Positions 8,178 through 17,261 are shown, numbered from the stretch's first letter. The stretch is 35,449 bases of DNA from Candidatus Micrarchaeota archaeon (GCA_964643685.1 CAZXTN010000005.1:27260-62708); one strand, 5' to 3'. Translations and numbers: made by a program. Notes: generated from the letters alone by a model not told the origin.

Positions 8178-9806
8178 ATGGCTACAATAGAAGTAAACAA
8201 AAAAGACTTGGAAAAATTAGTTGGAAAAAAACTAGATGATAAAAAACTAGAAGACGAGTTATTCGACTTAAAGCTTGAGCTTGACAAGAAAGAAGAAGAC
8301 ACGCTATTCATTGAACTTGAATATGACAGGGCAGACCTGCTTACAACAGAAGGAATAGCAAGGCAAATGAGAGGGCACTACGGCATAGAAACAGGGTTAC
8401 AGGAATATGATTTTGAACAATCAGATACAGTCGTAGAAATGAGCAAGGAACTTGAAAAATACAGGCCTTACGCAGAATACTTCATTGCCTTAAGCTATCC
8501 AATGAATGAAGATTCAGTGAAGCAACTGATGCAAGTGCAGGAAAAACTACATGAAGTATATGCAAGGGAAAGAACACTTGCTTCAATAGGGATATACGAC
8601 CTTGACAAGACAAGCAAGCAATTCAAATACGAAGCAAGAAAGCCAAACGAAATAAAATTCATTCCGCTTGAGAAAACAAAAGAAATGACAGGAGAAGAGA
8701 TACTTGAAAAGCATGAAAAAGGAAAAGAATACAAGCACTTGATAGAACACTTAGACAAGTACCCTCTCCTAATGGATTCAAACGGAAAAGTGCTCTCAAT
8801 GCCCCCAATAATAAACTCAGAAAACACGAAAGTAGATGAAAAAACTGAAAACCTGTTCGTGGATGTCACAGGAACAAGCAAAAAAACAGTGTCAGAAATA
8901 ACAATTCTACTTGCAACTTTCTTCGCTGAAAGAGGAGCGAAAATAAAGAAAGTAAAAGTGAAACAGGAAAGCAAAGAAAGAATCACTCCAAAAATAGAAT
9001 ACAAGGAAATGAATTTGAAACCAGATGAAGCAAGAAGAACACTTGGCTTGAACTTAGACAACCTTGAAATGATAAGGCTTTTGAAAAAGCAGAGATTCGG
9101 AGCAAGACAAGAAGAAGGATTCATAAAAACAACAATACCCCCTTACAGGATAGACATAATCCACCCAATCGACTTGATTGAAGAAATTTCATGCGCATAC
9201 GGGTTGAACAACATGAAACCCTCGCTCCCTAACATTGCAACAATAGGAGAACTGCACAAGACAGAGAAAAAAACAAGAAAAGCAAGAGAAGCAATGATAG
9301 GACTAGGTTTTCAGGAGATAGCAAGCTTCATAACTTCAAACAAGGAGAGAATGTTTGAAAAGCCAATTGAACTGTTGAACCCAGTTACAGAGGAGCATAA
9401 TTGCCTAAGAAACTCCTTAATGCCTAAGCTAATGGAGTTCTTCCAAGCAAACAAGCATTACGAACTCCCTCAAAAAATATTTGAAGCAGGGGAAGCTGTA
9501 ACCCCCACAAACAAAGGAGAAGCAAAAACAAGAACCGAAACAAGAATAGCAGGGGCTGTAATTTCACGCGATGCAGGTTACACTGAAATCAAAAGCATAT
9601 GCGAAGCTCTTTTAAAAACAATGAACAAAAAAGCAGAATTCAAAGAAATTGAAAAACACTACTTCATACCAGGAAGAGCAGCTGAAATTATAATCAAAAA
9701 TAAAAAAATCGGTGAGTTAGGCGAAATTCATCCTGAGATTCTTGAAAAATTCCAGCTTGAAAACCCAGTTGCCTTGTTTGAAATAAACTTGGAGAAAATT
9801 GATTAA
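8178..9806 (+). CDS. pheT: Phenylalanine--tRNA ligase beta subunit
   Basis: RADLL..EG, QEKLH, LSMPPIINS, PPYR.DIIHP.D..EE, LRNSL.P and GEIHPE; directly follows pheS. Confidence 0.97.
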   Translation: MATIEVNKKDLEKLVGKKLDDKKLEDELFDLKLELDKKEEDTLFIELEYDRADLLTTEGIARQMRGHYGIETGLQEYDFEQSDTVVEMSKELEKYRPYAEYFIALSYPMNEDSVKQLMQVQEKLHEVYARERTLASIGIYDLDKTSKQFKYEARKPNEIKFIPLEKTKEMTGEEILEKHEKGKEYKHLIEHLDKYPLLMDSNGKVLSMPPIINSENTKVDEKTENLFVDVTGTSKKTVSEITILLATFFAERGAKIKKVKVKQESKERITPKIEYKEMNLKPDEARRTLGLNLDNLEMIRLLKKQRFGARQEEGFIKTTIPPYRIDIIHPIDLIEEISCAYGLNNMKPSLPNIATIGELHKTEKKTRKAREAMIGLGFQEIASFITSNKERMFEKPIELLNPVTEEHNCLRNSLMPKLMEFFQANKHYELPQKIFEAGEAVTPTNKGEAKTRTETRIAGAVISRDAGYTEIKSICEALLKTMNKKAEFKEIEKHYFIPGRAAEIIIKNKKIGELGEIHPEILEKFQLENPVALFEINLEKID

Positions 9807-9808
9807 AA

Positions 9809-10525
9809 ATGAACAAGAGCCTACAGAAGATAATAAGCGTGAAGAAAAAAAAGAAAGCCACTCCTCAGACAATAAAAGAAGCTAAAAAAACAGCAGAAGA
9901 AATGAAAAAAATAGAAGGAGTAAAAGAAGTTGCATTAATAGGCTCAATCGCAAAAGGAGTACCTTACTCAAACTTAAACTACCTCGTAGTAATTGACTCA
10001 TACTCAAACAAAAACCTTGAAAAAATAAAGAAACAAGTAGGCAAGGGAAATTCAGCCATATTCATAACAGAAAAAGATTTAATGAAAAAAGCGAAAAAAA
10101 CAAAAGCAGGGCCAGTAATAAAAGCAGTTGGAATAGCAGAGTACCTTCTTGACAAAAATTCAAAAACAGAAACAGGACTAAGGAAGATAATTGAAGAAAA
10201 GCTTCCGAGATTAAGAATAAAAACATCAGACCCCCGCTTGATACAAGTGCATATCCCACTTACAGAAGAGCAGGATATTCTGAGAAAAGCAAAAGAAAAG
10301 CAGGCAAGAAAAGGAATAAAAAACCCTATTTTTCAAGAAAAAGGGTTCATGAAAACAGTTGACGCTTACTTAAAAGGAGAATTGACAGAAAAGCAATTCA
10401 AAAGATACATCAGGGAAGAGCCAAAAGCAAGAGAATATTTATACAGGATAATAACTTATGAAAAAAATCCTGAAAGAAAAAAAGAACTTGAAAAAATCTT
10501 TGAAAAAATAAAAATAATCAAATGA
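9809..10525 (+). CDS. Nucleotidyltransferase (MNT/Pol-beta fold)-like protein with degenerate catalytic site
   Basis: VALIGSIAKG...SNLNYLVVID aligns to hhhFGS.A.G....SDhDhhhh, but with Asn in place of both Asp residues. Confidence 0.6.
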   Translation: MNKSLQKIISVKKKKKATPQTIKEAKKTAEEMKKIEGVKEVALIGSIAKGVPYSNLNYLVVIDSYSNKNLEKIKKQVGKGNSAIFITEKDLMKKAKKTKAGPVIKAVGIAEYLLDKNSKTETGLRKIIEEKLPRLRIKTSDPRLIQVHIPLTEEQDILRKAKEKQARKGIKNPIFQEKGFMKTVDAYLKGELTEKQFKRYIREEPKAREYLYRIITYEKNPERKKELEKIFEKIKIIK

Positions 10526-11828
10526 AAGAAGACAAACCTCTTTCTCTATGATGATGAACTGAATTTTTTTCGCTGATTTTTTTCAGCTTCAATTCCTCAG
10601 CTTCCTTAATCACTTTCTTAGGGCTCTTAACACCCAAAAACTTCAACTCGCTTTCATCAAAACCAAACTGAGCAGTCAGCTTAACAGCTTCGATTTTGTC
10701 TTTCATTAATTCTTTAAACATCGGCAAGTAATAACTCACAGCCCTTTTTGAAGACAAATGAACCTGCTCACCTACTTTCAAACCAAATGACTTGAAAAAA
10801 TTCCTAGTTGACTTAGTGGAAGACAGCTTCTTAATAAGAGAAGGATAAGCATACTTAGTCCAAGAAAGATACTTCTCTTTTTTAGCAAGCGCAACCCCTG
10901 CACTCATTAAAACACTCACATACCTCCACAAACCATAATCCATGCGCTTATAAACTCTTCCTAAAAAAACATCTGCTCTTGAAATCCTCTCAAATGCATT
11001 AAACAAATCCTCTTCCTTCTTATACTCATTTGGAATATTCTCCTCAATCCATTTTAAAATAAAATCAGGCTGTTCATTCACATCAATAATTGACTTCCTC
11101 GCCTCGTCAAAATCCATTGACTTAAAAATAGTCTGCACAGAATCATAAACACTGGCTTCCCTGTCCCTGCTTCCAATCAAACTCAAATCTGCTTCTGAAA
11201 AACCAGGCACAGCAGTAAGCAACTGCAAGTCATTAATAGCTGAACGCACATCACCTGCATTCAAAGCAATTTTCTTAGCCAATTCATAATCCAACTTAAT
11301 GCCTTCCCTTGCAGCTATCTTCTGAAGCAGCTTAGCAACAGTTGCATAATGCACTTTCTTGAAGTGAATTTTTTCGCAGTAATTCCTGATTGAAGAAATC
11401 TTCTGGCTCCACACATCATTAGCAGTCAAAACAATAGGGCAAGGATTTTCTTTAAGTATCTTAACAACAGCTCCTGCCCCTCCCCTGTCAACCCTGTACA
11501 AACCATCAATTTCATCAAACAAAACAAGCCTCATCTTTCCAGAAAAAGTTCTTGAAACACTAGCAAGCCCAGCTATCCTTTCAATTTTCTTAGCATCCCT
11601 GTCATCGCTTGCATTCAACTCAAGCAATTCAAAATCATATTCATTAACCAAAACATTCACAATAGCTGTTTTTCCAACACCAGTCGCGCCATACAGCAAC
11701 AAAGGCTTGCCTTTTTTTCCATCAAGCCAATTTTCAGCCCACTTTTTAATTTGTTCAACTGCAGTTGAATTGCCAATAAAATCCCCATACAATTCAGGCG
11801 CATACTTTTCAGTCCACAACTTACTCAT
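10518..11828 (-). CDS. rfcL: Replication factor C large subunit
   Basis: WTEKYAP, GATGVGKT, ELNASD.R, DEID, GDVRSAINDL, WIEEN and SRAD.FL.R. Confidence 0.95.
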   Translation of the reverse strand: MSKLWTEKYAPELYGDFIGNSTAVEQIKKWAENWLDGKKGKPLLLYGATGVGKTAIVNVLVNEYDFELLELNASDDRDAKKIERIAGLASVSRTFSGKMRLVLFDEIDGLYRVDRGGAGAVVKILKENPCPIVLTANDVWSQKISSIRNYCEKIHFKKVHYATVAKLLQKIAAREGIKLDYELAKKIALNAGDVRSAINDLQLLTAVPGFSEADLSLIGSRDREASVYDSVQTIFKSMDFDEARKSIIDVNEQPDFILKWIEENIPNEYKKEEDLFNAFERISRADVFLGRVYKRMDYGLWRYVSVLMSAGVALAKKEKYLSWTKYAYPSLIKKLSSTKSTRNFFKSFGLKVGEQVHLSSKRAVSYYLPMFKELMKDKIEAVKLTAQFGFDESELKFLGVKSPKKVIKEAEELKLKKISEKNSVHHHRERGLSSFI

Positions 11829-11912
11829 AAGTAATACTTAGAAAATCAAAGAATAAAAAAACAGAGGGAAAAAACAGACTCAACAAACTAAGCAACATTA
11901 ACCTTAAAAAAT

Positions 11913-12515
11913 CTAAACACAACCTGAATAACTTGAACAATCAGAATCTTCACAATCAACACTCCCATCATTGTCATTGTCTCTTTCATCAGTACAATTT
12001 TCCATACACTCCTCAGAAGAACCATAACATTCTTTTAATTCAAAGGAAACAATTTCACAAACGCTTTCATCATAACCACTGCAGTCGCTTAAACAAGGCG
12101 CCTGCGTGCCAGATTCATAATCACCTAAAACACTACAATCAACGCTTCCGCCATCGCAAACTTCGCCCTCTTCCAATTCCCCATTGCCACATCCTGAAAC
12201 TTTACGCTTGTAAATGCTTTCAGAATCCCCCTGTTTGCATAATTCAACAGCTGAAAAACCAGTTCCTTCAAGAATATCCTTGCCATTCACAGTGCATGCT
12301 TTTTCACAGAACAAGCAGGGGTCATTAGGAGCAAGCAAACGGCTTCCTTGACATTGATTAGCTGCTTTCTTGCATTCAGCAAAATTAGAGTCAGTGACAG
12401 ACTTGCCACTTGAATTAGCTACGAAATAAACAACAATACCAGCAACAGCAAGAATAACTGCAACAACCATCAAATACTCTAAAGAACCCTGCGCTCTGCT
12501 TTTCTTAAAAAACAT
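11913..12515 (-). CDS. Type IV pilin-like protein (class III signal) with Cys-rich extracellular repeats, 200 aa
   Basis: KKSRA/QGSLEYL followed by a hydrophobic helix, CGNG...GEVCDG (myxobacterial Cys-rich repeat-like) and C.D..DNDNDG.VDC.D.DC. Confidence 0.85.
   Translation of the reverse strand: MFFKKSRAQGSLEYLMVVAVILAVAGIVVYFVANSSGKSVTDSNFAECKKAANQCQGSRLLAPNDPCLFCEKACTVNGKDILEGTGFSAVELCKQGDSESIYKRKVSGCGNGELEEGEVCDGGSVDCSVLGDYESGTQAPCLSDCSGYDESVCEIVSFELKECYGSSEECMENCTDERDNDNDGSVDCEDSDCSSYSGCV
12073..12146. repeat. 74-bp exact direct repeat, copy 1
   Basis: Identical base for base to 13795-13868; encodes SVDCSVLGDYESGTQAPCLSDCSG(Y) on the minus strand. Confidence 0.95.
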
Positions 12516-12569
12516 CAATTAAAACAAAAAGAAAAACAGGTATATAAACAATTCAGCAGAAGATGAAAA

Positions 12570-14243
12570 TTAGCTGATTGGAGAATAAGGCCTGAACTTG
12601 GCAAACTTTAGCCCATGAGTAACATCATCATAATAAGAAAGATAAAGATAACCATCTGAACCTAATTTTAAACTAGCCCAACCATAAGCTCTTGAAGAGG
12701 GATCAATTGTCTTAGTCAACCACTCTGTTCCTTTTTTATACAAATAAGTTATATGATCCCCCTCTCCTCTATAAGCAATTGAAGGTTCATCATTATCTGT
12801 TTTATCAATTACATAATCAACAGACCAAGCACCATCTGCAAGGTATTCAGGAGAATTCCATGAATTACCCTTATAAACACGTCTTTTCAAATCGCCAGCA
12901 CAAGAATAAACAATAGAAGGCTGATCATTTGAATCCAATTGAACTCTTGAATTATACCCACATGAAGAATCAATACCATCCAAAGTTGTGATAGACCATG
13001 AACCCCCAGAAGGTTTGTAAGCATAACGCAAAGAGCAATAATGATTATGATAAGTTCCAGGCCCAAATGGCTGGCTTAAATTAGCATAACTAGCATAAAG
13101 GTTATTGCTTTTATCAACTGCCAATCTAATATAATGCCCTACATTGTAACTAACATCATCAACTTTTTCAGAATACCATGAAGAGCCAATTTTCCAGAAA
13201 TGAAATAAATGATATGCATTAATTGTATCCCCACTATCAGGGTCAGTATAAGTTCCGTCTTGCAATCCAATAACAAAATGAGGGTTATTATTAGAATCAA
13301 AAACAAGTGAAGGGTCATAACCAGCTGCATCCTTAACAATCTCCAAATTCCAGCCTGAAGCATCTTTCCAAGCATGCCTTATATACGCCTTAATAGAAGT
13401 AGTATAGTACATTCCAGTATAATCTTCAGTTAAGTCAGCAGAATAGAAAACAACATGAGGAAAACCTTGCTTGTCAAAAGCAAAATAAAAAGTGCCTACA
13501 ACTTCAGAAGAGTTATCATAAACAACTTCGGAAACCCAACTATCACCTGACTTATAAGCATATCTTAAAATCCGATAACCTGTTGACTCATTCTCTCTAT
13601 AAACAATATAAGGTTTATTATCTTTTAAATCAAGAACATTTAAACCCCCAACCAGGGCAGAAGAGGAAGAAGGTTCATCAACTACCTCAATCTGCAAGCA
13701 ATTTGAATCAGCATAATCAGCCACTCCATTGCCATCATTATCCACGCCATCATAGCAATTAACTTCACCTAAAGGAGTGCATACAAGAGTATTGTAACCA
13801 CTGCAGTCGCTTAAACAAGGCGCCTGCGTGCCAGATTCATAATCACCTAAAACACTACAATCAACGCTGTCACTGTCACAAACCTCATCACCCATTACAA
13901 TCCCATCACCACACTTCTGCTCAATCTTATAAATAGATTCAGGTTCACCTTGCTTGCATAAACCACAAGCTCCATTAACATCACAACCCTCAGCAAGAGT
14001 CATAATGTCCTTTCCATTAACAACACAAGCAGATTCACAATCAATACAAGGATCATCAGGCGAAAAAATCAAATTGGTTTTACACTGCCCAGCTGCCTTC
14101 TTGCATTCAGCAAAATTAGCACTTGAAATGCTTTTGCCACTGCTACCTACAACAAAATAAACAACAATAGCTGAAATCATAAGCACAGCTGCTACAATAA
14201 TCAAATACTCAAGACTCCCTTGAGCTTTAGTTTCTTTAAACAT
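12570..14243 (-). CDS. Type IV pilin-like adhesin: class III signal, Cys-rich stalk, C-terminal beta-propeller-like domain, 557 aa
   Basis: KETKA/QGSLEYL followed by a hydrophobic helix, Cys-rich repeats, then recurring SL..DS.G.PHI.Y...L.YA.....W..E.VD blades. ATG 14243 is preferred over the ORF-track start at 14291. Confidence 0.85.
   Translation of the reverse strand: MFKETKAQGSLEYLIIVAAVLMISAIVVYFVVGSSGKSISSANFAECKKAAGQCKTNLIFSPDDPCIDCESACVVNGKDIMTLAEGCDVNGACGLCKQGEPESIYKIEQKCGDGIVMGDEVCDSDSVDCSVLGDYESGTQAPCLSDCSGYNTLVCTPLGEVNCYDGVDNDGNGVADYADSNCLQIEVVDEPSSSSALVGGLNVLDLKDNKPYIVYRENESTGYRILRYAYKSGDSWVSEVVYDNSSEVVGTFYFAFDKQGFPHVVFYSADLTEDYTGMYYTTSIKAYIRHAWKDASGWNLEIVKDAAGYDPSLVFDSNNNPHFVIGLQDGTYTDPDSGDTINAYHLFHFWKIGSSWYSEKVDDVSYNVGHYIRLAVDKSNNLYASYANLSQPFGPGTYHNHYCSLRYAYKPSGGSWSITTLDGIDSSCGYNSRVQLDSNDQPSIVYSCAGDLKRRVYKGNSWNSPEYLADGAWSVDYVIDKTDNDEPSIAYRGEGDHITYLYKKGTEWLTKTIDPSSRAYGWASLKLGSDGYLYLSYYDDVTHGLKFAKFRPYSPIS
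13795..13868. repeat. 74-bp exact direct repeat, copy 2
   Basis: Identical to 12073-12146; the offset of 1722 bp is a multiple of 3. Confidence 0.95.
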
Positions 14244-14297
14244 CAAATAAAACAAAAGAAAAACCAGTATATAAAAGTTAGCTGAAAACAAAAATAA

Positions 14298-14798
14298 TTA
14301 AACAAAAGGAACACAAACCCCGTCAGTGCAAACACCAGGAGAGCCATTCAAATCACATGGAAGCCCTTCACACTCCTGCTCTTCACAGTCAATCAAGCCA
14401 TCGCCGTCATCATCAACTCCATTATCACAATGAGATTCCATTAAAACACATTCTGCCATTTCATTACATGTTCCTTTCTTGCCATCAGACAAAACACATT
14501 CCCCCCATACATTCACATTATTAACGCACTTGCCTTCATCGCATAAGTTGAAAGTGCATTGATTGCCGTCATCGCAGTCAGAATCAACTCTGCATTCAAC
14601 ATGAACACCTGAACTATTATTAACAATAATATTTGAACTGATTCCACCAGAAACAGTTGGCAAGGAAGAATAATCAGACAAGACTACTTCTTTTCCGGAA
14701 TTCAAAAAAACAAAAGCAACTGAAATCAAAATAACAAAAACTGCAACAAGCTTGAAATGAGACTTAATCAAACCAACTGCTTTATTCAATCCAATCAT
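14298..14798 (-). CDS. Membrane-anchored Cys-rich surface protein
   Basis: N-terminal TM helix, C..DSDCDDGNQCT...C...C repeat and CDNGVDDDGDGLIDC...C motif. Confidence 0.8.
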   Translation of the reverse strand: MIGLNKAVGLIKSHFKLVAVFVILISVAFVFLNSGKEVVLSDYSSLPTVSGGISSNIIVNNSSGVHVECRVDSDCDDGNQCTFNLCDEGKCVNNVNVWGECVLSDGKKGTCNEMAECVLMESHCDNGVDDDGDGLIDCEEQECEGLPCDLNGSPGVCTDGVCVPFV

Positions 14799-14861
14799 CA
14801 ACTTAAATAAAGCAAAAAAAAGAATATAAACCTTGCACTACAAAAAGGAAAAAGGGTAAAA

Positions 14862-14924
14862 ATGAAATCAATCGCATACGCTCAAACTTTTCATTTCACC
14901 TATAAGGAGTATGAAGTAAAATGA
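14862..14924 (+). CDS. Putative leader peptide uORF1 (MKSIAYAQTFHFTYKEYEVK)
   Basis: ATG 14862 to TGA 14922-14924; the stop overlaps the next ATG (ATGA). Translation is unproven. Confidence 0.3.
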   Translation: MKSIAYAQTFHFTYKEYEVK

Positions 14925-14986
14925 AAATCAATCACTCACCTTGCTCGCTCAAACTTTTCATTTCACCTATGAGGAGTATGAAGTAA
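14921..14986 (+). CDS. Putative leader peptide uORF2 (MKINHSPCSLKLFISPMRSMK)
   Basis: ATG 14921 has nearly the same AGGAG context as ychF; TAA 14984-14986 ends one base before the ychF ATG. Translation is unproven. Confidence 0.3.
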   Translation: MKINHSPCSLKLFISPMRSMK

Positions 14987-14987
14987 A

Positions 14988-16187
14988 ATGAAAATTGGAT
15001 TAGTTGGAAAACCGTCAGCAGGAAAAAGCACGTTCTTCAAAGCAGCCACGTTAATAGACATAGACATAGCAGCATACCCATTCACAACCATAAAACCAAA
15101 CAATGGCATGAGTTACATAAGAGTCGAATGCGTTGACAAGGAATTTGGAGTCCAATGCAACCCAAGGCAAGGATACTGCGAAAAAGGCACGAGATACGTG
15201 CCAGTGGAACTCGTTGACGTCGCAGGACTAGTTCCAGGCGCACATGAAGGAAAAGGACTCGGCAACCAATTCCTAAACGACTTGAACCAAGCAAATGTCT
15301 TAATACACGTAGTAGACGCGTCAGGCTCAGCAAACGAAAAAGGAGAAATAACTAAGCCAGGAACATACGACCCCTCAAACGACATAAAATTCCTAGAACA
15401 CGAGTTGAACATGTGGTACTTAGGGGTGCTGAAAAAAGGAATTGAAAAATTCGCAAGGAAAATAAAACAAGATTCAAAAATAGAAAACTTAGTCGCAGAG
15501 CAGTTATCAGCTTTCAACGTAAAACCAGAAATGGTTGAAGAAGCTCTTAAAAAAGCAAATGCATTAGGCACAAATCCAAAAGAATGGAGTGAAGAACAAT
15601 TAAAACAAATAGCAATAGATCTGAGGAAAAAAACAAAGCCAATACTAATTGCCTGCAATAAAATTGACTTGCCGCATGCCCATGAAAACTATGAAAAACT
15701 GAAAAAAGAATTTCCTGATTATTACTTCATGCCTTGTTCAGCTGCTTCTGAACTTGCCTTAAGAGAAGCAGCTAAAAAAGGAGTCATAAGATATCACCCG
15801 GGAGATTCTGATTTTGAGATACTGAAAAAAGATGAGCTTGATGAAAACCAGTTGAAAGGACTTGAGTTCATAAGAAAAAACGTGCTTGAGAAATACGGCT
15901 CCACTGGAATACAAAACATTCTTGACGCAGCTGTGTTTGATTTTTTAAAATACATTGCGGTATTTCCAGGTGGAGTGAACAAGCTAGAGGATAGCCAAGG
16001 GAGGGTGTTGCCTGACGTGTTCTTAATGCCTCCTGGCTCAACTGCACTTGACTTCGCAAACAAGATACACACTGACTTAGGAAAGCACTTTCTTTACGCC
16101 ATTGACGTGCGGAAAAAAATGAAAATAAGAAGAGATTATGAACTAAAAAACAGGGACGTTATAGAGATAGTGTCAGCAGCAAAATAA
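14988..16187 (+). CDS. ychF: Obg-family translation-associated NTPase (archaeal YchF/Ygr210 type) with TGS domain
   Basis: GKPSAGKST, YPFTTI.PN, DVAGLVPGA..G.GLGNQFL, NKID and a C-terminal TGS domain (IHTDL...F). Confidence 0.93.
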   Translation: MKIGLVGKPSAGKSTFFKAATLIDIDIAAYPFTTIKPNNGMSYIRVECVDKEFGVQCNPRQGYCEKGTRYVPVELVDVAGLVPGAHEGKGLGNQFLNDLNQANVLIHVVDASGSANEKGEITKPGTYDPSNDIKFLEHELNMWYLGVLKKGIEKFARKIKQDSKIENLVAEQLSAFNVKPEMVEEALKKANALGTNPKEWSEEQLKQIAIDLRKKTKPILIACNKIDLPHAHENYEKLKKEFPDYYFMPCSAASELALREAAKKGVIRYHPGDSDFEILKKDELDENQLKGLEFIRKNVLEKYGSTGIQNILDAAVFDFLKYIAVFPGGVNKLEDSQGRVLPDVFLMPPGSTALDFANKIHTDLGKHFLYAIDVRKKMKIRRDYELKNRDVIEIVSAAK

Positions 16188-16207
16188 AAAAAAGAGAAAA
16201 GGGGGTT

Positions 16208-16480
16208 TTAATCTCCGCTTAGGAAATCAAAAACGCCTGTTGAGTCTTCTTTTGGCTTCTCAAACTTGATTTGCTCCAAATCTTCTGTCAGATCCTCTTC
16301 TTCTTTTTCAACAGCTTCTTCAATTATATCAAGTTCTTTATCCTTATTTTTGAGCCTGCCAAGAGCATAAAAGTAAGCGTTCAAGATAGTGTCCAAGCCC
16401 ATCTGCCTTTTATCCCCTCTTTGAGACACGTCCCTGAAATACAATTCAACCATTTTAAAAGCCATTTCCTCATCATCCAT
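16208..16480 (-). CDS. Small acidic hypothetical protein, 90 aa
   Basis: ATG 16480 with a GAGGTGA RBS; last gene of a three-gene minus-strand operon. Confidence 0.75.
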   Translation of the reverse strand: MDDEEMAFKMVELYFRDVSQRGDKRQMGLDTILNAYFYALGRLKNKDKELDIIEEAVEKEEEDLTEDLEQIKFEKPKEDSTGVFDFLSGD

Positions 16481-16490
16481 ACAAATCACC

Positions 16491-17261
16491 TCATAAGCCA
16501 AACTCTTCAATTAAAGCAAGCTCTTCAATAGTTACTTTTTTTCCTTTCTTGAATTTTTCAAGAGCTTCAAGTGCTTTTTTCTTCAGTTTCTCCTTGTGCT
16601 TTTTATCTTTTTTCTTTTTATAATCACTCAACTCCTTTTTCGCCTGCATGCCTTCTTTTCTAATCTTAGCATACTCTTCATCAAGCTGAGATTTTATAGA
16701 ATCAATTTCAGCATCCAATTCTTTCAGTTTTTCTTTTGCAGAATCCTTGCTTGAATACAACTTCAAAAGCTCTTTATGGTGTTTTTCGCTTTCATTTGCA
16801 TGCTGCACCACAAGCTCATGGTAGTGGCTCGCTTCTTCTCTTGCTTTTTTTAACTGGCTTCTGATTTTTGAAAACTCCTTCCTTGCTTCTTTCACTTCTT
16901 TTGAAACAAGCATTCTCCTCTCTAATTCATCAAGTTCAGCGACAATTTTTTTCTCAACTCTAGGTGAAAAAACTTCTGTCTGGTACTTCCATTCAAGCTC
17001 TTCATACTGCTTTTTCAGCTTGAAATAATTAGAGTCATCTGATACGTTCAACTTGCTTTGAAAACTCCTTAATTTTTTTGAAAGAACAGAAACTTTTTTC
17101 AATGCCTCGCTCCTTTGTTTCTTATATTCCTTGACTTTTTCATTCTCCTTATCGCGCAGTACCCTTGCTTGTTTTATTTCCTCATTAAGCTTATTCAAAA
17201 CTGCTTTGTACTTTTTCTTTTTTTCAAAAAGCTTTTTCAACTGGTTCTTTAATTCTTTCAT
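16491..17261 (-). CDS. Archaeal coiled-coil protein (COG1340-like)
   Basis: Continuous heptads; LEW..QT..., A..YHE.V...A.E...HH and C-terminal A.E.LEKFK.G.K.T.EEL resemble that family. Confidence 0.75.
   Translation of the reverse strand: MKELKNQLKKLFEKKKKYKAVLNKLNEEIKQARVLRDKENEKVKEYKKQRSEALKKVSVLSKKLRSFQSKLNVSDDSNYFKLKKQYEELEWKYQTEVFSPRVEKKIVAELDELERRMLVSKEVKEARKEFSKIRSQLKKAREEASHYHELVVQHANESEKHHKELLKLYSSKDSAKEKLKELDAEIDSIKSQLDEEYAKIRKEGMQAKKELSDYKKKKDKKHKEKLKKKALEALEKFKKGKKVTIEELALIEEFGL

Larger units (their letters stand above)
14856..14995 (+). repeat. Tandem direct repeat in the ychF leader (two 50-bp copies, period 67, plus a partial third)
   Basis: CGCTCAAACTTTTCATTTCACCTAT(A/G)AGGAGTATGAAGTAAAATGAAAAT at 14879-14928 and 14946-14995 with one mismatch; a partial unit GTAAAAATGAAATCAATC at 14856-14873. 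Confidence 0.92.

Noticed and set aside
12073-13868. Diversity-generating retroelement TR/VR pair
   Set aside because: The copies are identical with no adenine-specific mismatches, both lie inside coding genes, and no reverse transcriptase is present.
14856-14995. Mini-CRISPR array
   Set aside because: Only two full 50-bp units, a 17-nt intervening segment, the last unit includes the ychF start codon, and there are no cas genes in the window.
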